Shown here piece after piece: positions 7,592 to 16,897 of a stretch of 64,000 nt of DNA (positions within the stretch are counted from its first letter, which is position 1; each line of letters opens with the position of its first letter). The DNA comes from a phage: sequence record PV357171.2. One strand, given 5' to 3'. The notes beneath the pieces are model-generated. The model did no database searches. It saw only the letters and a program-made list of their open reading frames with translations, and was not told the origin of the DNA. Both the position numbers and the translations under genes were made by a program.

Positions 7592-7939
7592 ATGAGCCGT
7601 ACTTATCGTAGACAAACTGGTGATCAGTGGTGGAAGTCTAAAGCTAATTACACCCAGGGGTATACTTTCCTCAAAGCAAGTGGCTACTGGATTCGTGTTA
7701 TTTATGCTAAATCCTGGGATGATGTAGAACAGGAAATGAAGGAAGCAACTGTTCGTAATGAGAAAAAGGATGGTTATAACTGGAATTCTATTAGTAAGAA
7801 TGTTAAGTGGCATTCTAATAAAATGGTTCGTCAAGGGAATCGTCAAGAACTCCACCGCGTGATGAAAGATCCAGAAAATTATGATTATAATCGCGATCAT
7901 GACATGCGTAAGCGTGGATTATGGTGGTGCTATGACTAA
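7592..7939 (+). CDS. hypothetical protein
   Basis: 115 aa; GGAGG Shine-Dalgarno. Confidence 0.55.
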   Translation: MSRTYRRQTGDQWWKSKANYTQGYTFLKASGYWIRVIYAKSWDDVEQEMKEATVRNEKKDGYNWNSISKNVKWHSNKMVRQGNRQELHRVMKDPENYDYNRDHDMRKRGLWWCYD

Positions 7940-7956
7940 ATTCTGAAATAATTCAT

Positions 7957-7985
7957 TTGCTAAACCTCTCTTTTCTTGCTATAAT
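7957..7985 (+). promoter_or_regulatory. sigma70-type promoter (TTGCTA-N17-TATAAT)
   Basis: Conserved early promoter-leader module upstream of ORF 8016. Confidence 0.6.
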
Positions 7986-8015
7986 ATATTTATAAATTGA
8001 TGAGAGAGGTTTGAA

Positions 8016-8297
8016 ATGAAAACTCGTCTAGACTGTGCTGTTCATGTTCTTGAACATGATGTTGTGGGAACCTGTATGTCTTACCACGAAGCAGGTCGTT
8101 TAATTAAAGAACGTGTGGCAGATGTGTGCGGATTGAAGATTACTGCTGAGGAAGCTGATGATCTTTTAGGTCAAGCACTAGAGAAAACCGAAATGTTTCT
8201 CTGCGATTCTTGTTCTTGGTGGTGTGAAGCTCACGAACGTTCTTTCAACGATTATGATGTATGTCGTGATTGTAGTGGGGAGGATGAAGATGAATAA
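8016..8297 (+). CDS. hypothetical Cys-rich protein
   Basis: 93 aa; GAGAGAGG leader; ends ...GEDEDE with stop inside GATGAATAA overlap. Confidence 0.55.
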   Translation: MKTRLDCAVHVLEHDVVGTCMSYHEAGRLIKERVADVCGLKITAEEADDLLGQALEKTEMFLCDSCSWWCEAHERSFNDYDVCRDCSGEDEDE

Positions 8298-8589
8298 GTT
8301 TATTATTGCACTGATGATCTCCGCAGTTAGTTTCGGTTCTCTGGCATCTACCAAAGTTTCTATGAAAAATGGTAATGTTAAAGTCCAACAGAACGGCATT
8401 ATTACTGAGTATGGTAAAGTTCGTGATGTTAAGGAACGTAACGGCAGAGTAGAAATATATACTAATAAAAACTTCTCTACTCCGGCTGTTACTGTTAGCA
8501 AACGTGGTGAGATAACTACTCAACGTACTAATAGCTCTAGTTCTTTTACTTGTCGTTATGATTGCGACTTTGAAGGTGAAGATGAATAA
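8290..8589 (+). CDS. putative secreted protein with N-terminal signal peptide
   Basis: Start chosen at ATG inside ATGAATAA overlap; MNKFIIALMISAVSFGSLAST signal-like N-terminus; track ORF begins at 8224. Confidence 0.45.
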   Translation: MNKFIIALMISAVSFGSLASTKVSMKNGNVKVQQNGIITEYGKVRDVKERNGRVEIYTNKNFSTPAVTVSKRGEITTQRTNSSSSFTCRYDCDFEGEDE

Positions 8590-8977
8590 TTTAGATCCTA
8601 GAATTAAATTTGCAATTACAGAAATCCAAGATCAAATTGATGAGGATTTCACTGTTTGGTCAAGGTCTGGTAATGGAGAATATTGCCAGCTTTATAGCAT
8701 GAAAATGGGTATCTCAATTGAGCTTAATATCAACTCTGAAGGTAGAGTAGAAGCCCAACCCATGTTCAGTGTTCCAGGCTTCTCTGGGTTTGTTGCGGGT
8801 ATGAAATTATGCCTACCAAATAACCATCTTCATCGAGTTATTTGTCAGCTAGAGACTATTAAGCATTTCTTGCCAGAAGATAATATTAATGACTACTATC
8901 ATGAAGTTGTAGCAGCTCATATGATGAAAGAATGCAAACGTCGGAGAGAAGAGCGTGAAAAAGCTAAACATCAATAG
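8582..8977 (+). CDS. hypothetical protein
   Basis: Start at the second ATGAATAA overlap; track ORF begins at 8558. Confidence 0.45.
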   Translation: MNNLDPRIKFAITEIQDQIDEDFTVWSRSGNGEYCQLYSMKMGISIELNINSEGRVEAQPMFSVPGFSGFVAGMKLCLPNNHLHRVICQLETIKHFLPEDNINDYYHEVVAAHMMKECKRRREEREKAKHQ

Positions 8978-9251
8978 CACAGTGCAGATTCCAGCAACTA
9001 AGGACATCTTAACATTCCTGCGTAGTGAGAATGCACAATTTTGGCATGATCATGTTACAAAGAATGGTAGCACTCCAGATGTAGTTGCCTTTGCTAAAAA
9101 ACGTATCGAGGAGTATAAAGATCCAGAGATTAAAGATGGCATGATTACTATGCAGTTGTGGGTAGCTATGCAAACTTTTGGCCCCACCATGTGTTTAGGA
9201 AATACTCCATTATTTACAAATATTTTAATTAATGAAAAGGATCTGAAATGA
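8955..9251 (+). CDS. hypothetical protein
   Basis: 98 aa ORF, GTG start overlapping the upstream gene. Confidence 0.4.
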   Translation: MKKLNINSTVQIPATKDILTFLRSENAQFWHDHVTKNGSTPDVVAFAKKRIEEYKDPEIKDGMITMQLWVAMQTFGPTMCLGNTPLFTNILINEKDLK

Positions 9252-9532
9252 TTGTTTCTCCATTTGCTCTTTGGTTCGTCATTGGATCTGTGGTTGCTAT
9301 TTACAGTCTAATAGATGATTTATTCATCTCCAAGAATAAAGATGTAATATTATACGTTATACATAAAACTCGACCGTTAGATCTGCCACCTCTTGATGAC
9401 AAAACATTACTCAGATGTGCTAGATCTGTGATATTTATTGTGGATATTCTTCTAGGCCCAACATCTGTGTTTTTCTTTTATAGAAAAACTCGTAATATGA
9501 AAAAATTTAAAGCTGAAATGCAGAATACTTAA
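9248..9532 (+). CDS. hypothetical membrane protein
   Basis: 94 aa; hydrophobic N-terminus; ATGA overlap with upstream stop. Confidence 0.5.
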   Translation: MIVSPFALWFVIGSVVAIYSLIDDLFISKNKDVILYVIHKTRPLDLPPLDDKTLLRCARSVIFIVDILLGPTSVFFFYRKTRNMKKFKAEMQNT

Positions 9533-9642
9533 AGAACTCGCGTAGGACCGAGTTGCGTCACCTGCAACTGTTACGGATAAGGGAGTCGTGCCCCTTAGTG
9601 CGGTAAGTGGTGAGGTGGCTGCTAGCCCTAACTGGAGATAAT

Positions 9643-9987
9643 ATGACTATATTACTAATTCTTGTTACAACTTGGTTTTTAATCGGTGCTGGATATGCAA
9701 TAGCTATTATTAGACATTTGGATGAACATTCTGCTGAATGGTTTGTTAAATATCTACGCATTGATGATCAAGAACAGAAGTTTAAAGATGAAAAGCAGAA
9801 AAAAGCAGTAAATAATATGACAGCCAAAGAATGCTTGTTCTACATGCGTATTGTAGGGTTCTTTGGACTATTAGTTGCTGGCCCAATTGGTTCTACCATT
9901 GCTCCATATAAAGAAACAGTTGCTGACATCAAGTTGTGGAGAAATGCAGGGGTACTACGCAAAGCTAGAGAAACTAATATTACATAA
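9643..9987 (+). CDS. hypothetical membrane protein
   Basis: Internal ATG after GGAG chosen as start; two hydrophobic segments. Confidence 0.45.
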   Translation: MTILLILVTTWFLIGAGYAIAIIRHLDEHSAEWFVKYLRIDDQEQKFKDEKQKKAVNNMTAKECLFYMRIVGFFGLLVAGPIGSTIAPYKETVADIKLWRNAGVLRKARETNIT

Positions 9988-10032
9988 GATTGACACTAAG
10001 TCAGCTTACTAGCAAAAGCAAATAATGACAAA

Positions 10033-10068
10033 GCCCAGCCTGCACTTTTGCGACTGGGCTATTTTTAT
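10033..10068 (+). terminator. rho-independent terminator
   Basis: GCCCAG...CTGGGC hairpin followed by TATTTTTA. Confidence 0.5.
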
Positions 10069-10081
10069 AATAAAATTTTAG

Positions 10082-10110
10082 TTGCTTAGATGCCCAAACT
10101 TTTGTATAAT
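10082..10110 (+). promoter_or_regulatory. sigma70-type promoter (TTGCTT-N17-TATAAT)
   Basis: Hexamers with 17-bp spacer upstream of ORF 10142. Confidence 0.6.
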
Positions 10111-10141
10111 ATGTTTATAGATTGAGGCAAGAGGATTAAAT

Positions 10142-10840
10142 ATGAGGATTATTTCTAAGTTCGCCGATGTGTATGATTTGCAGAACAGTTTGTTCGACCC
10201 AGATCGTGTGTGGGAACGTAAAACTGAGGAGTTGCTGGTTAAAGTAACCGATGATGCAGAAAAGAATATTGTGCATACTCGCCAGGTATTTCGTGATGGT
10301 TCGCTATCTTTCCGTGGTGATTTCGAATACTTCGTAAACCCCCTATTTGTTGCAGGTGAAGTTTACTGGTTACATGAGCTGTACTGCTGGCATCCAGCAT
10401 TTAGCTTCAAAACGTTCGACCTCGACACTATGTTCGATAAAATGGAAGAGATGGGATTGCATGCTCGCTCTTACTTAATGGATAAGAGTCGTGGAGATGT
10501 TCGTGAAACAATGCGTGATCTGCTCGCTGAAGCAAAACCTAAAGCAGAACGTATCTTATCCGAACTGCGTGTACCGATTGCATATGTGAAAGGTATTAAA
10601 AAGAACGATAACGATGATGTTCGTAACTTCGTAATTCAGACTAACATTCGTTTCCATCAGTCCGGTATTCCGTGGCAGGAAATTGAAAGTAACTTATACC
10701 GTTTACACCAAGTTCTCGAACAGTATATCTTCGGTGTACTAGGAACTGGTGAGCCTGATATGATTAAAGTATCAGATAAAGACAGGTTAGCAGCGCATGG
10801 ATTTGATACAAAAACTTCTTTCAGGAATATGGCACGGTAA
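10142..10840 (+). CDS. hypothetical protein
   Basis: 232 aa; AAGAGGA Shine-Dalgarno. Confidence 0.6.
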   Translation: MRIISKFADVYDLQNSLFDPDRVWERKTEELLVKVTDDAEKNIVHTRQVFRDGSLSFRGDFEYFVNPLFVAGEVYWLHELYCWHPAFSFKTFDLDTMFDKMEEMGLHARSYLMDKSRGDVRETMRDLLAEAKPKAERILSELRVPIAYVKGIKKNDNDDVRNFVIQTNIRFHQSGIPWQEIESNLYRLHQVLEQYIFGVLGTGEPDMIKVSDKDRLAAHGFDTKTSFRNMAR

Positions 10841-11246
10841 GTGGTATATCCTGGGAGCAGGTCTAGCGATAGGCATCGGGTTCGGTGCTTATCACTTAGT
10901 AGATAAAGTGGAGACTTTAGCAGGAGATCTTGCGGTAGCTACTAAAAAGATTTCTTCTCTAGAGACTTCCCTCAATAAGGTGAAAGCTGAAAGCGAACTT
11001 CGTGAGACTAGAATGAATCAGTATTTCACAATGAATAATATTTTGCAAGCAGATCTAGACAAAAAGATTAAGCAGTTAGACAAAGCTCTTAGTCGCCAAG
11101 ATATTATAGCTGCAAAGCCTGGATTGGTAACATTAATTGCTAAAAAGCAGAGTAAAGAGTTCGAGGAAAGATTAGCGTGTTTAACTGGAAACTTGGAATA
11201 CTGCTCGCAGCCGCAATCACAATCACAGGCTGTGCAGAAGAAATAA
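10797..11246 (+). CDS. hypothetical membrane / coiled-coil protein
   Basis: 149 aa; N-terminal hydrophobic segment then coiled-coil-like region; start uncertain. Confidence 0.4.
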   Translation: MDLIQKLLSGIWHGKWYILGAGLAIGIGFGAYHLVDKVETLAGDLAVATKKISSLETSLNKVKAESELRETRMNQYFTMNNILQADLDKKIKQLDKALSRQDIIAAKPGLVTLIAKKQSKEFEERLACLTGNLEYCSQPQSQSQAVQKK

Positions 11247-11530
11247 AACCAGAGCCATCTCATGAGTTAAAGCAAGCTCATGTAGACTGGCCTAAAGGAC
11301 TTCAGCCTTGTAGCTTTGATTTCAAATTCGAAAAGAAATTAGCTACAAATGGCGAAGATGGCGTAGTAGTTGTTGTACCATATAAAGATTGGAATGCAAA
11401 AGCAAAATGTGAGGAAGCAGTTTACTCTTACATTTCACGACTGACTGGTATGGTCTGCTTCTATCGTCAAGATTTACAAGAAAAACGTTGCTTAGTTTAC
11501 TATCCACCCATTACAAATAGGAAAGATTAA
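11177..11530 (+). CDS. putative lipoprotein
   Basis: GTG start; LAAAITITGC lipobox-like signal. Confidence 0.45.
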   Translation: MFNWKLGILLAAAITITGCAEEIKPEPSHELKQAHVDWPKGLQPCSFDFKFEKKLATNGEDGVVVVVPYKDWNAKAKCEEAVYSYISRLTGMVCFYRQDLQEKRCLVYYPPITNRKD

Positions 11531-12282
11531 TGTCAGTATTAGTCGGTTTACATGGTGAAGCTGGTTCGGGAAAAGATACCGTTGCAAAATTAATTATCGA
11601 TTGGTGTAATGACACGTATCCAACGTGTTTACCCCGTCGTTACAGTTTTGCTAAGCCCGTTTATGAACTTGCATCCGTAATCCTCGGTGTAACTCCAGAG
11701 TTTCTAGGAGAGCGCAGGGGAAAAGAGATTGATCAATGGTTTACGGTCACACAATCTCAATTGGAGCGAGCCAGAGATGTGTGGTTTAAGTACGGTATCG
11801 ATAAGTTTGAAGACTTCTCGTACGTTTGGCCTATTTTTGAGGAAAAATATCTTAATCCCCAACAACTTATCTCAGAGAGTAAAGAAGACGGACTTTATAG
11901 TTTATTTATTTCTCCGAGAAAAATGTTACAGCTCGTAGGAACAGAGCTAGGAAGGCAGCTGGTGCATGAACGCATTTGGCTCATAATTCTGGAGCAATCC
12001 ATCGCTAAAGACGACCCAGACGTCGCCGTAATAACAGATGTTAGATTCCCCAATGAAGGAGAGCTACTCAGAGAAACAAACCATTTAGATATGGATTCTT
12101 TGATAGTAAATGTAGTACCCGCTGAGCAGAAGTTCACTATTAAATCAGATCATCCATCTGAAAGTGGTATTCCTGCAAAATATATTACTCACGAATTAGT
12201 TAATAAATTCGATGGTATCAATAACCTTAAACTAGAAGTTTATAACTTCTGTGACTTAGAGCTAGAACCACTAGTTGGATAA
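11530..12282 (+). CDS. P-loop kinase, dNMP kinase-like
   Basis: 250 aa; GEAGSGKDT Walker A near the N-terminus. Confidence 0.55.
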   Translation: MSVLVGLHGEAGSGKDTVAKLIIDWCNDTYPTCLPRRYSFAKPVYELASVILGVTPEFLGERRGKEIDQWFTVTQSQLERARDVWFKYGIDKFEDFSYVWPIFEEKYLNPQQLISESKEDGLYSLFISPRKMLQLVGTELGRQLVHERIWLIILEQSIAKDDPDVAVITDVRFPNEGELLRETNHLDMDSLIVNVVPAEQKFTIKSDHPSESGIPAKYITHELVNKFDGINNLKLEVYNFCDLELEPLVG

Positions 12283-12294
12283 TCAAGGATCGCT

Positions 12295-12894
12295 ATGACT
12301 AATAAAAAAGAAGAAAAGACTAACCTGTTTCACTCCATTCGCCAATCTAACGAGTATACCTTTTTCTTTGATGAAGAGTTAGGCCCGCCGGATGAATACC
12401 GTGATTTATCAATGGTACTTATGCAGGCACATGAGGACGACGAAATTAATCTGATGATTAATGGCCCGGGTGGTTATGTTGATACTGCTGCACAGTTATC
12501 TAACTTAATTGCTAATTGCCGTGGAACAGTTATAGGACACCTGATTGGTCCTAGTGCTTCTGCTTACTGCACAATTTTCCTATCCTGTCATGGATGGGTA
12601 GTACATCCACATGCTACGCTAATGGGACACACGTTCTCTGGCGGATTCTGTGAGAAGGGTCAAGAAATCAAGAAAGCCTATGAATCTTACAACAAGTTCG
12701 TAGAAGATATGATGCTAGATGTCTACTATCCGTTCTTCTCAATAGACGAAATCGACGAGATGGTAAAAGACAACAAAAATATCTATCTAGATAGCAAAGA
12801 AATCCATAAGCGTATTGAAATCTTGGCAAAATATCGATCTGAGCAATATAATAAAGCCCAGTTACCTCAATCAGAGGAGCATAACGAAGAGTAA
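12295..12894 (+). CDS. ClpP-like serine peptidase (S14 family), putative
   Basis: 199 aa; GPSASAY resembles the ClpP active-site serine motif, with downstream His-rich segment. Confidence 0.45.
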   Translation: MTNKKEEKTNLFHSIRQSNEYTFFFDEELGPPDEYRDLSMVLMQAHEDDEINLMINGPGGYVDTAAQLSNLIANCRGTVIGHLIGPSASAYCTIFLSCHGWVVHPHATLMGHTFSGGFCEKGQEIKKAYESYNKFVEDMMLDVYYPFFSIDEIDEMVKDNKNIYLDSKEIHKRIEILAKYRSEQYNKAQLPQSEEHNEE

Positions 12895-12904
12895 GTAATT
12901 TTAA

Positions 12905-12935
12905 GCCAGGGTTTAACGACCCTGGCTTTTCTTTT
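12905..12935 (+). terminator. rho-independent terminator
   Basis: GCCAGGGT-ttaac-GACCCTGGC hairpin followed by TTTTCTTTT. Confidence 0.55.
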
Positions 12936-13050
12936 ATCTAAAATTCTTCTTGACAACGACAAAATTTTATGCTCCAGAAGTGATCTTTAAAAACACATTG
13001 TAATTTTCCTCCAAAATTAGTATAATGGTACTGGTTAGAGGAGGTTACAA

Positions 13051-13707
13051 TTGGAAAAGTTCTTACAATTATTAACGGTACTGCTCCAAGAAGCGAAAGA
13101 TCCAGCATCGCTTCTTAAACGTCTGCTAACTATCTTAGTTGCTGTCATTATTTTCTTATTTGTTAGTAATACTAGCGAGGTGATGTCATTCTTAAAGACT
13201 TTCTCCACGTCTGCGGTTCTACAGGATGTTCAAACTCAAAGGATAGATAACTTTCCTAATGTAGCTAGAGAAAAGAGCATGGTACTTTTTTCTCAAACGG
13301 GTGCGGATGCTGTTTTTGTCGTCAAGTATAAACCAGATGCTATTAATGATTATTCTAACATTATTGCATGGGAAAGCAATGCGCAATTAGATAGGGCTGA
13401 CTTGGCCGATAAAGCGGTAAATAAAACGTCTGAGCTATATAGACGTCACTTGGAGGGCTTTAACTACGCATCGGATTTAAGTGTAAAAGTAAATAAATAC
13501 ATGGGGTTAAATATACCTGCGTTTAAGAACGTTACTTTTAATTACATATACACTTGTCCGTATTTCAATCTAAACAATATCTATGCTGGATATATTGGTA
13601 TTGCTTGGAAAGATAACCCTGTAGATGCAGCCGATTCTGAGAAATTTAAGGAATATTTAACAAAGCTCTGTTCACCACAACAGAGATCTTTAGGTAGATC
13701 AATATGA
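13051..13707 (+). CDS. putative holin (TTG start)
   Basis: 218 aa with one N-terminal transmembrane helix, GAGGAGG before TTG, immediately upstream of and overlapping the endolysin gene. Confidence 0.45.
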   Translation: MEKFLQLLTVLLQEAKDPASLLKRLLTILVAVIIFLFVSNTSEVMSFLKTFSTSAVLQDVQTQRIDNFPNVAREKSMVLFSQTGADAVFVVKYKPDAINDYSNIIAWESNAQLDRADLADKAVNKTSELYRRHLEGFNYASDLSVKVNKYMGLNIPAFKNVTFNYIYTCPYFNLNNIYAGYIGIAWKDNPVDAADSEKFKEYLTKLCSPQQRSLGRSI

Positions 13708-14117
13708 GTTTTAAATTTGGTAAAAATAGCGAAAAACAATTAGCTACCGTTAAGCCAGAGCTACAAAAAGTAGCTCGTAGAGCTTTAGAATTATCTCCAT
13801 ATGATTTCACGATCGTACAAGGTATTCGTACAGTAGCACAAAGTGCCCAGAATATTGCTAATGGTACTTCATTTTTAAAAGATCCTAGTAAAAGTAAGCA
13901 TATTACTGGGGATGCCCTTGATTTTGCTCCATACATTAATGGCAAAATTGATTGGAATGACTTAGAAGCATTTTGGGCAGTTAAAAAGGCTTTTGAACAG
14001 GCCGGTAAAGAACTAGGCGTTAAACTTCGTTTTGGTGCTGATTGGAATGCTTCGGGAGATTATCACGATGAAATAAAACGTGGTACCTATGATGGCGGTC
14101 ATGTCGAACTAGTTTAA
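13704..14117 (+). CDS. endolysin, L-alanyl-D-glutamate peptidase-type
   Basis: 137 aa; size and position match the T5 endolysin as recalled; conserved H/D residues consistent with a zinc peptidase. Confidence 0.65.
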   Translation: MSFKFGKNSEKQLATVKPELQKVARRALELSPYDFTIVQGIRTVAQSAQNIANGTSFLKDPSKSKHITGDALDFAPYINGKIDWNDLEAFWAVKKAFEQAGKELGVKLRFGADWNASGDYHDEIKRGTYDGGHVELV

Positions 14118-14128
14118 TTAATAACTGA

Positions 14129-14151
14129 GGCGGGAATACTCCCGCCTTTTT
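14129..14151 (+). terminator. rho-independent terminator
   Basis: GGCGGGA-atac-TCCCGCC hairpin followed by TTTTT. Confidence 0.6.
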
Positions 14152-14194
14152 AGGCAAAGGGGGCTTTAATAATTTTTAAAGATAGGAGAAAGCC

Positions 14195-14611
14195 ATGTTT
14201 GCAGAACTATTCACTATGATGCTGCTAGGTATCTGGAAAATAAGTCTAGTAGTATTCGTTTTAATGATAGTCTTTACTATCCTTGCATTAACTACCCGAA
14301 ATAGCTTATTAATAAAGGTTATTCACGGACTAGAGTATATAATTATGGGTTCATTCGGCGTTTGTAAATGCAATTGCCATAGAGATACGAAATATTGTTG
14401 GTTATGGATGGAACTAGAGAATCCTATATCCATAGCTTTGGCTGTTTCATTCGGTATGATTCTTATGGCCCTTACTCTAGCATTAATACCTTTGATGTTA
14501 GCTGGGGGAGTTACAGCGTATTTCACCCTTTTCTCCCCGATACTTATGTACTCAATTTACCCAATAACTATGTATCTAGTTAGGAAAAGATTTATACATG
14601 CAGTAGATTAA
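14195..14611 (+). CDS. hypothetical multi-pass membrane protein
   Basis: 138 aa; several hydrophobic helices; AGGAGAAAG before ATG. Confidence 0.5.
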   Translation: MFAELFTMMLLGIWKISLVVFVLMIVFTILALTTRNSLLIKVIHGLEYIIMGSFGVCKCNCHRDTKYCWLWMELENPISIALAVSFGMILMALTLALIPLMLAGGVTAYFTLFSPILMYSIYPITMYLVRKRFIHAVD

Positions 14612-14624
14612 GATAAAAAAGTAG

Positions 14625-14653
14625 TTGACTTTTAGCCCTAGTTATTATATAAT
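14625..14653 (+). promoter_or_regulatory. sigma70-type promoter (TTGACT-N17-TATAAT)
   Basis: Hexamers with 17-bp spacer upstream of ORF 14687. Confidence 0.6.
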
Positions 14654-14686
14654 ATATACATAAATTAGTTAAGAGAGGTATATATT

Positions 14687-15118
14687 ATGTCTGATCGTTT
14701 CTATACTCAAATGGCGGAACATTTTCGTATACCACATTACGAGCTAAACATTGCACTCCGTGATCATGACTCTCCTGAGTACAAAAAGCTCGAAAAGAAA
14801 GCGGAAAAATCTATTGATACAAAGGTAGGTGCATCTATGTCTAAGGGCAAAAAGTTAACTCGTCTTGATCTTAATAAAATTTTAACTGAACTTTTGGGTA
14901 CTGATATTGAAGGTGCTAAATTACCGCTTCTTGTACTAGAGACTATGATTAAAAAGGTCAAAAATAAAGAGTATAAAAAGGTAGAAGTCCCAGAAGGCAG
15001 ATTGAAAGCTCCTTATCAGGAGGCATTAACCGAGTGTTTGGGTGTAAATCTTGATCTAAGCACCGCAACCGTAAAAACTATGAGAAACTTCTTAGAGGCC
15101 ATTAATAACTATGAGTAA
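14687..15118 (+). CDS. hypothetical protein
   Basis: 143 aa; AGAGAGG leader. Confidence 0.55.
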   Translation: MSDRFYTQMAEHFRIPHYELNIALRDHDSPEYKKLEKKAEKSIDTKVGASMSKGKKLTRLDLNKILTELLGTDIEGAKLPLLVLETMIKKVKNKEYKKVEVPEGRLKAPYQEALTECLGVNLDLSTATVKTMRNFLEAINNYE

Positions 15119-15401
15119 ATTAGTATATCTATTAAAAGGTTCCACCTGTAACCCGTGTAAACTTTTCGAGCCAGTATTTGATAAAGTAGTCAATGAATAT
15201 AATTTGGAAGTCCATAAAGAGACTGATAATACAGAATTAATGCAGAAATTTGGCGTACGCCAAGTTCCTGTAGTAGTTCTGGCGGATCGCTTACCTAATG
15301 GTCGAGTAGAAGCTAATCATATTTTGATTGGACGTCAGCTTCGTAAAGAAACTATGCACGAAGCTATTAAAAATTTCCTGGATGATAATCCAGAGGATTA
15401 A
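15111..15401 (+). CDS. thioredoxin/glutaredoxin-fold protein, putative
   Basis: 96 aa; CNPC dithiol motif near the N-terminus. Confidence 0.45.
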   Translation: MSKLVYLLKGSTCNPCKLFEPVFDKVVNEYNLEVHKETDNTELMQKFGVRQVPVVVLADRLPNGRVEANHILIGRQLRKETMHEAIKNFLDDNPED

Positions 15402-15409
15402 TAAACCAA

Positions 15410-15440
15410 GCCTGATCTTAGCGGATCAGGCTTTTATTTT
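15410..15440 (+). terminator. rho-independent terminator
   Basis: GCCTGATC-ttagcg-GATCAGGC hairpin followed by TTTTATTTT. Confidence 0.6.
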
Positions 15441-15442
15441 AC

Positions 15443-15471
15443 TTGCTTTCAGCTAAAAATTTTGGTATAAT
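15443..15471 (+). promoter_or_regulatory. sigma70-type promoter (TTGCTT-N17-TATAAT, extended -10 TGG)
   Basis: Hexamers plus TGn directly upstream of -10. Confidence 0.6.
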
Positions 15472-15498
15472 ACTTATATAAATTGATAGGAGGATTAA

Positions 15499-15744
15499 AT
15501 GTTAGCGGAACAAGCAAAACGTTTAGCTAGGATAAATAGAGCCGCGTCCCTCAAGAGCCGAAAGAAAACGTATAGATGGGTTAAGCGGAGGATAGTATCT
15601 TCTGTCGAGATTGGAGGTTCTTTTGTACAGCTTAATCGTGACGAAATTAGTTATGAAGCTATAAAAGCCCTCAATAAAGAGGGTTATACTCTCAAACTAT
15701 CAAATAATTATGGTACAACTATTTTAAATGTTATTTGGGAATAA
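15499..15744 (+). CDS. hypothetical protein
   Basis: 81 aa; TAGGAGG Shine-Dalgarno. Confidence 0.5.
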   Translation: MLAEQAKRLARINRAASLKSRKKTYRWVKRRIVSSVEIGGSFVQLNRDEISYEAIKALNKEGYTLKLSNNYGTTILNVIWE

Positions 15745-15746
15745 TT

Positions 15747-16610
15747 ATGAAAAAAGAATTTAATGTGCATAAAACACTAGTAGTACCTGATGATGTTAAC
15801 TTATTCTTTGTTGGTGATATTCATGGATGCAACGATTTACTAGAAGATGCACTACAATTAGCTGGCTATAACGGCAAGAAAGATTGCGTTGTATGCGTGG
15901 GAGATTTAATTGATCGAGGCACGCAGAACCTACAAGTTTTAGCCAAATTCCTGTATAATCCACGCTTTATCAGTGTACGTGGTAATCATGACCAATTTAT
16001 GATTGTGGGAGATTGGGCTAACTGGATGTATAACGGTGGTATGTGGGCCATGAATGAACTAGATGCAGATACCATTAAAAATATTGCTGAAGACATGGCT
16101 GAAAAAATGCCAGTATTTCTGACTGTATTGCATCGTGGTAAAAAGTATGGTGTTGTTCATGGTGGTGTACCTTTTACGTACAAAGAATGCGGTAACGAAG
16201 TAGAAACCCCAGTATGGGATAGCCTTATTGCACAAGTAGAAGCAGCTAAGGAAGACCCACATGACCATCCTGGATACCATGTTGAGCCATACTTATGGGA
16301 TCGAGATGTAATCCAAGAAATAGGTTTTCACTTAGCTAAAAATGGTGAAGAACACTCACATTTCCAGCGTTATGCAGGGTTTAAAGAGAAATACATGGTA
16401 GAAGTACCTCCGGTTAATGGAGTAGACTTTGTATTTCATGGGCATACCGGAGTACCTTACCCGATTTTATACCAGAACCGTGTTTACCTAGATACTGGCG
16501 GTGTTTTCAACGGGCAGTTGACGGTTGCGCAGGTTAACGATGAAACTGGCAAAATCACCACATTTACCACAGACAAAAATGATAGCTGCGGTGTACAGAG
16601 GATCCTTTAA
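15747..16610 (+). CDS. Ser/Thr protein phosphatase (calcineurin-like metallophosphoesterase)
   Basis: GDIHGC, GDLIDRG and RGNHD motifs; start set at ATG after the upstream stop (track start 15735). Confidence 0.8.
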   Translation: MKKEFNVHKTLVVPDDVNLFFVGDIHGCNDLLEDALQLAGYNGKKDCVVCVGDLIDRGTQNLQVLAKFLYNPRFISVRGNHDQFMIVGDWANWMYNGGMWAMNELDADTIKNIAEDMAEKMPVFLTVLHRGKKYGVVHGGVPFTYKECGNEVETPVWDSLIAQVEAAKEDPHDHPGYHVEPYLWDRDVIQEIGFHLAKNGEEHSHFQRYAGFKEKYMVEVPPVNGVDFVFHGHTGVPYPILYQNRVYLDTGGVFNGQLTVAQVNDETGKITTFTTDKNDSCGVQRIL

Positions 16611-16897
16611 TGAATGATAGAATGAAAGAAGTACAAGAAGAATTACGAGCAATGCGTATTGATGCCCTTCGTTGGAGGGCATTAGTTAATGCTTTCGTCA
16701 AAGGAGATACCGGAGTAATATATTCTGGAATAGCAGTCAATTTTTGTTTTAATTCTCCTGCTGAAATAGAGATAGAAACAAGGCTTACTACCTACCTTAA
16801 TGAGGTAGACCTTAAGGAAGGAGAGACTCCCGAGGAGTTTAAAACTAGAGTATTAACTACCTGGGTTGATAATTTAATACAAAAAAGGAGTAAGTGA
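16610..16897 (+). CDS. hypothetical protein
   Basis: 95 aa; TAATG overlap with upstream stop. Confidence 0.5.
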   Translation: MNDRMKEVQEELRAMRIDALRWRALVNAFVKGDTGVIYSGIAVNFCFNSPAEIEIETRLTTYLNEVDLKEGETPEEFKTRVLTTWVDNLIQKRSK

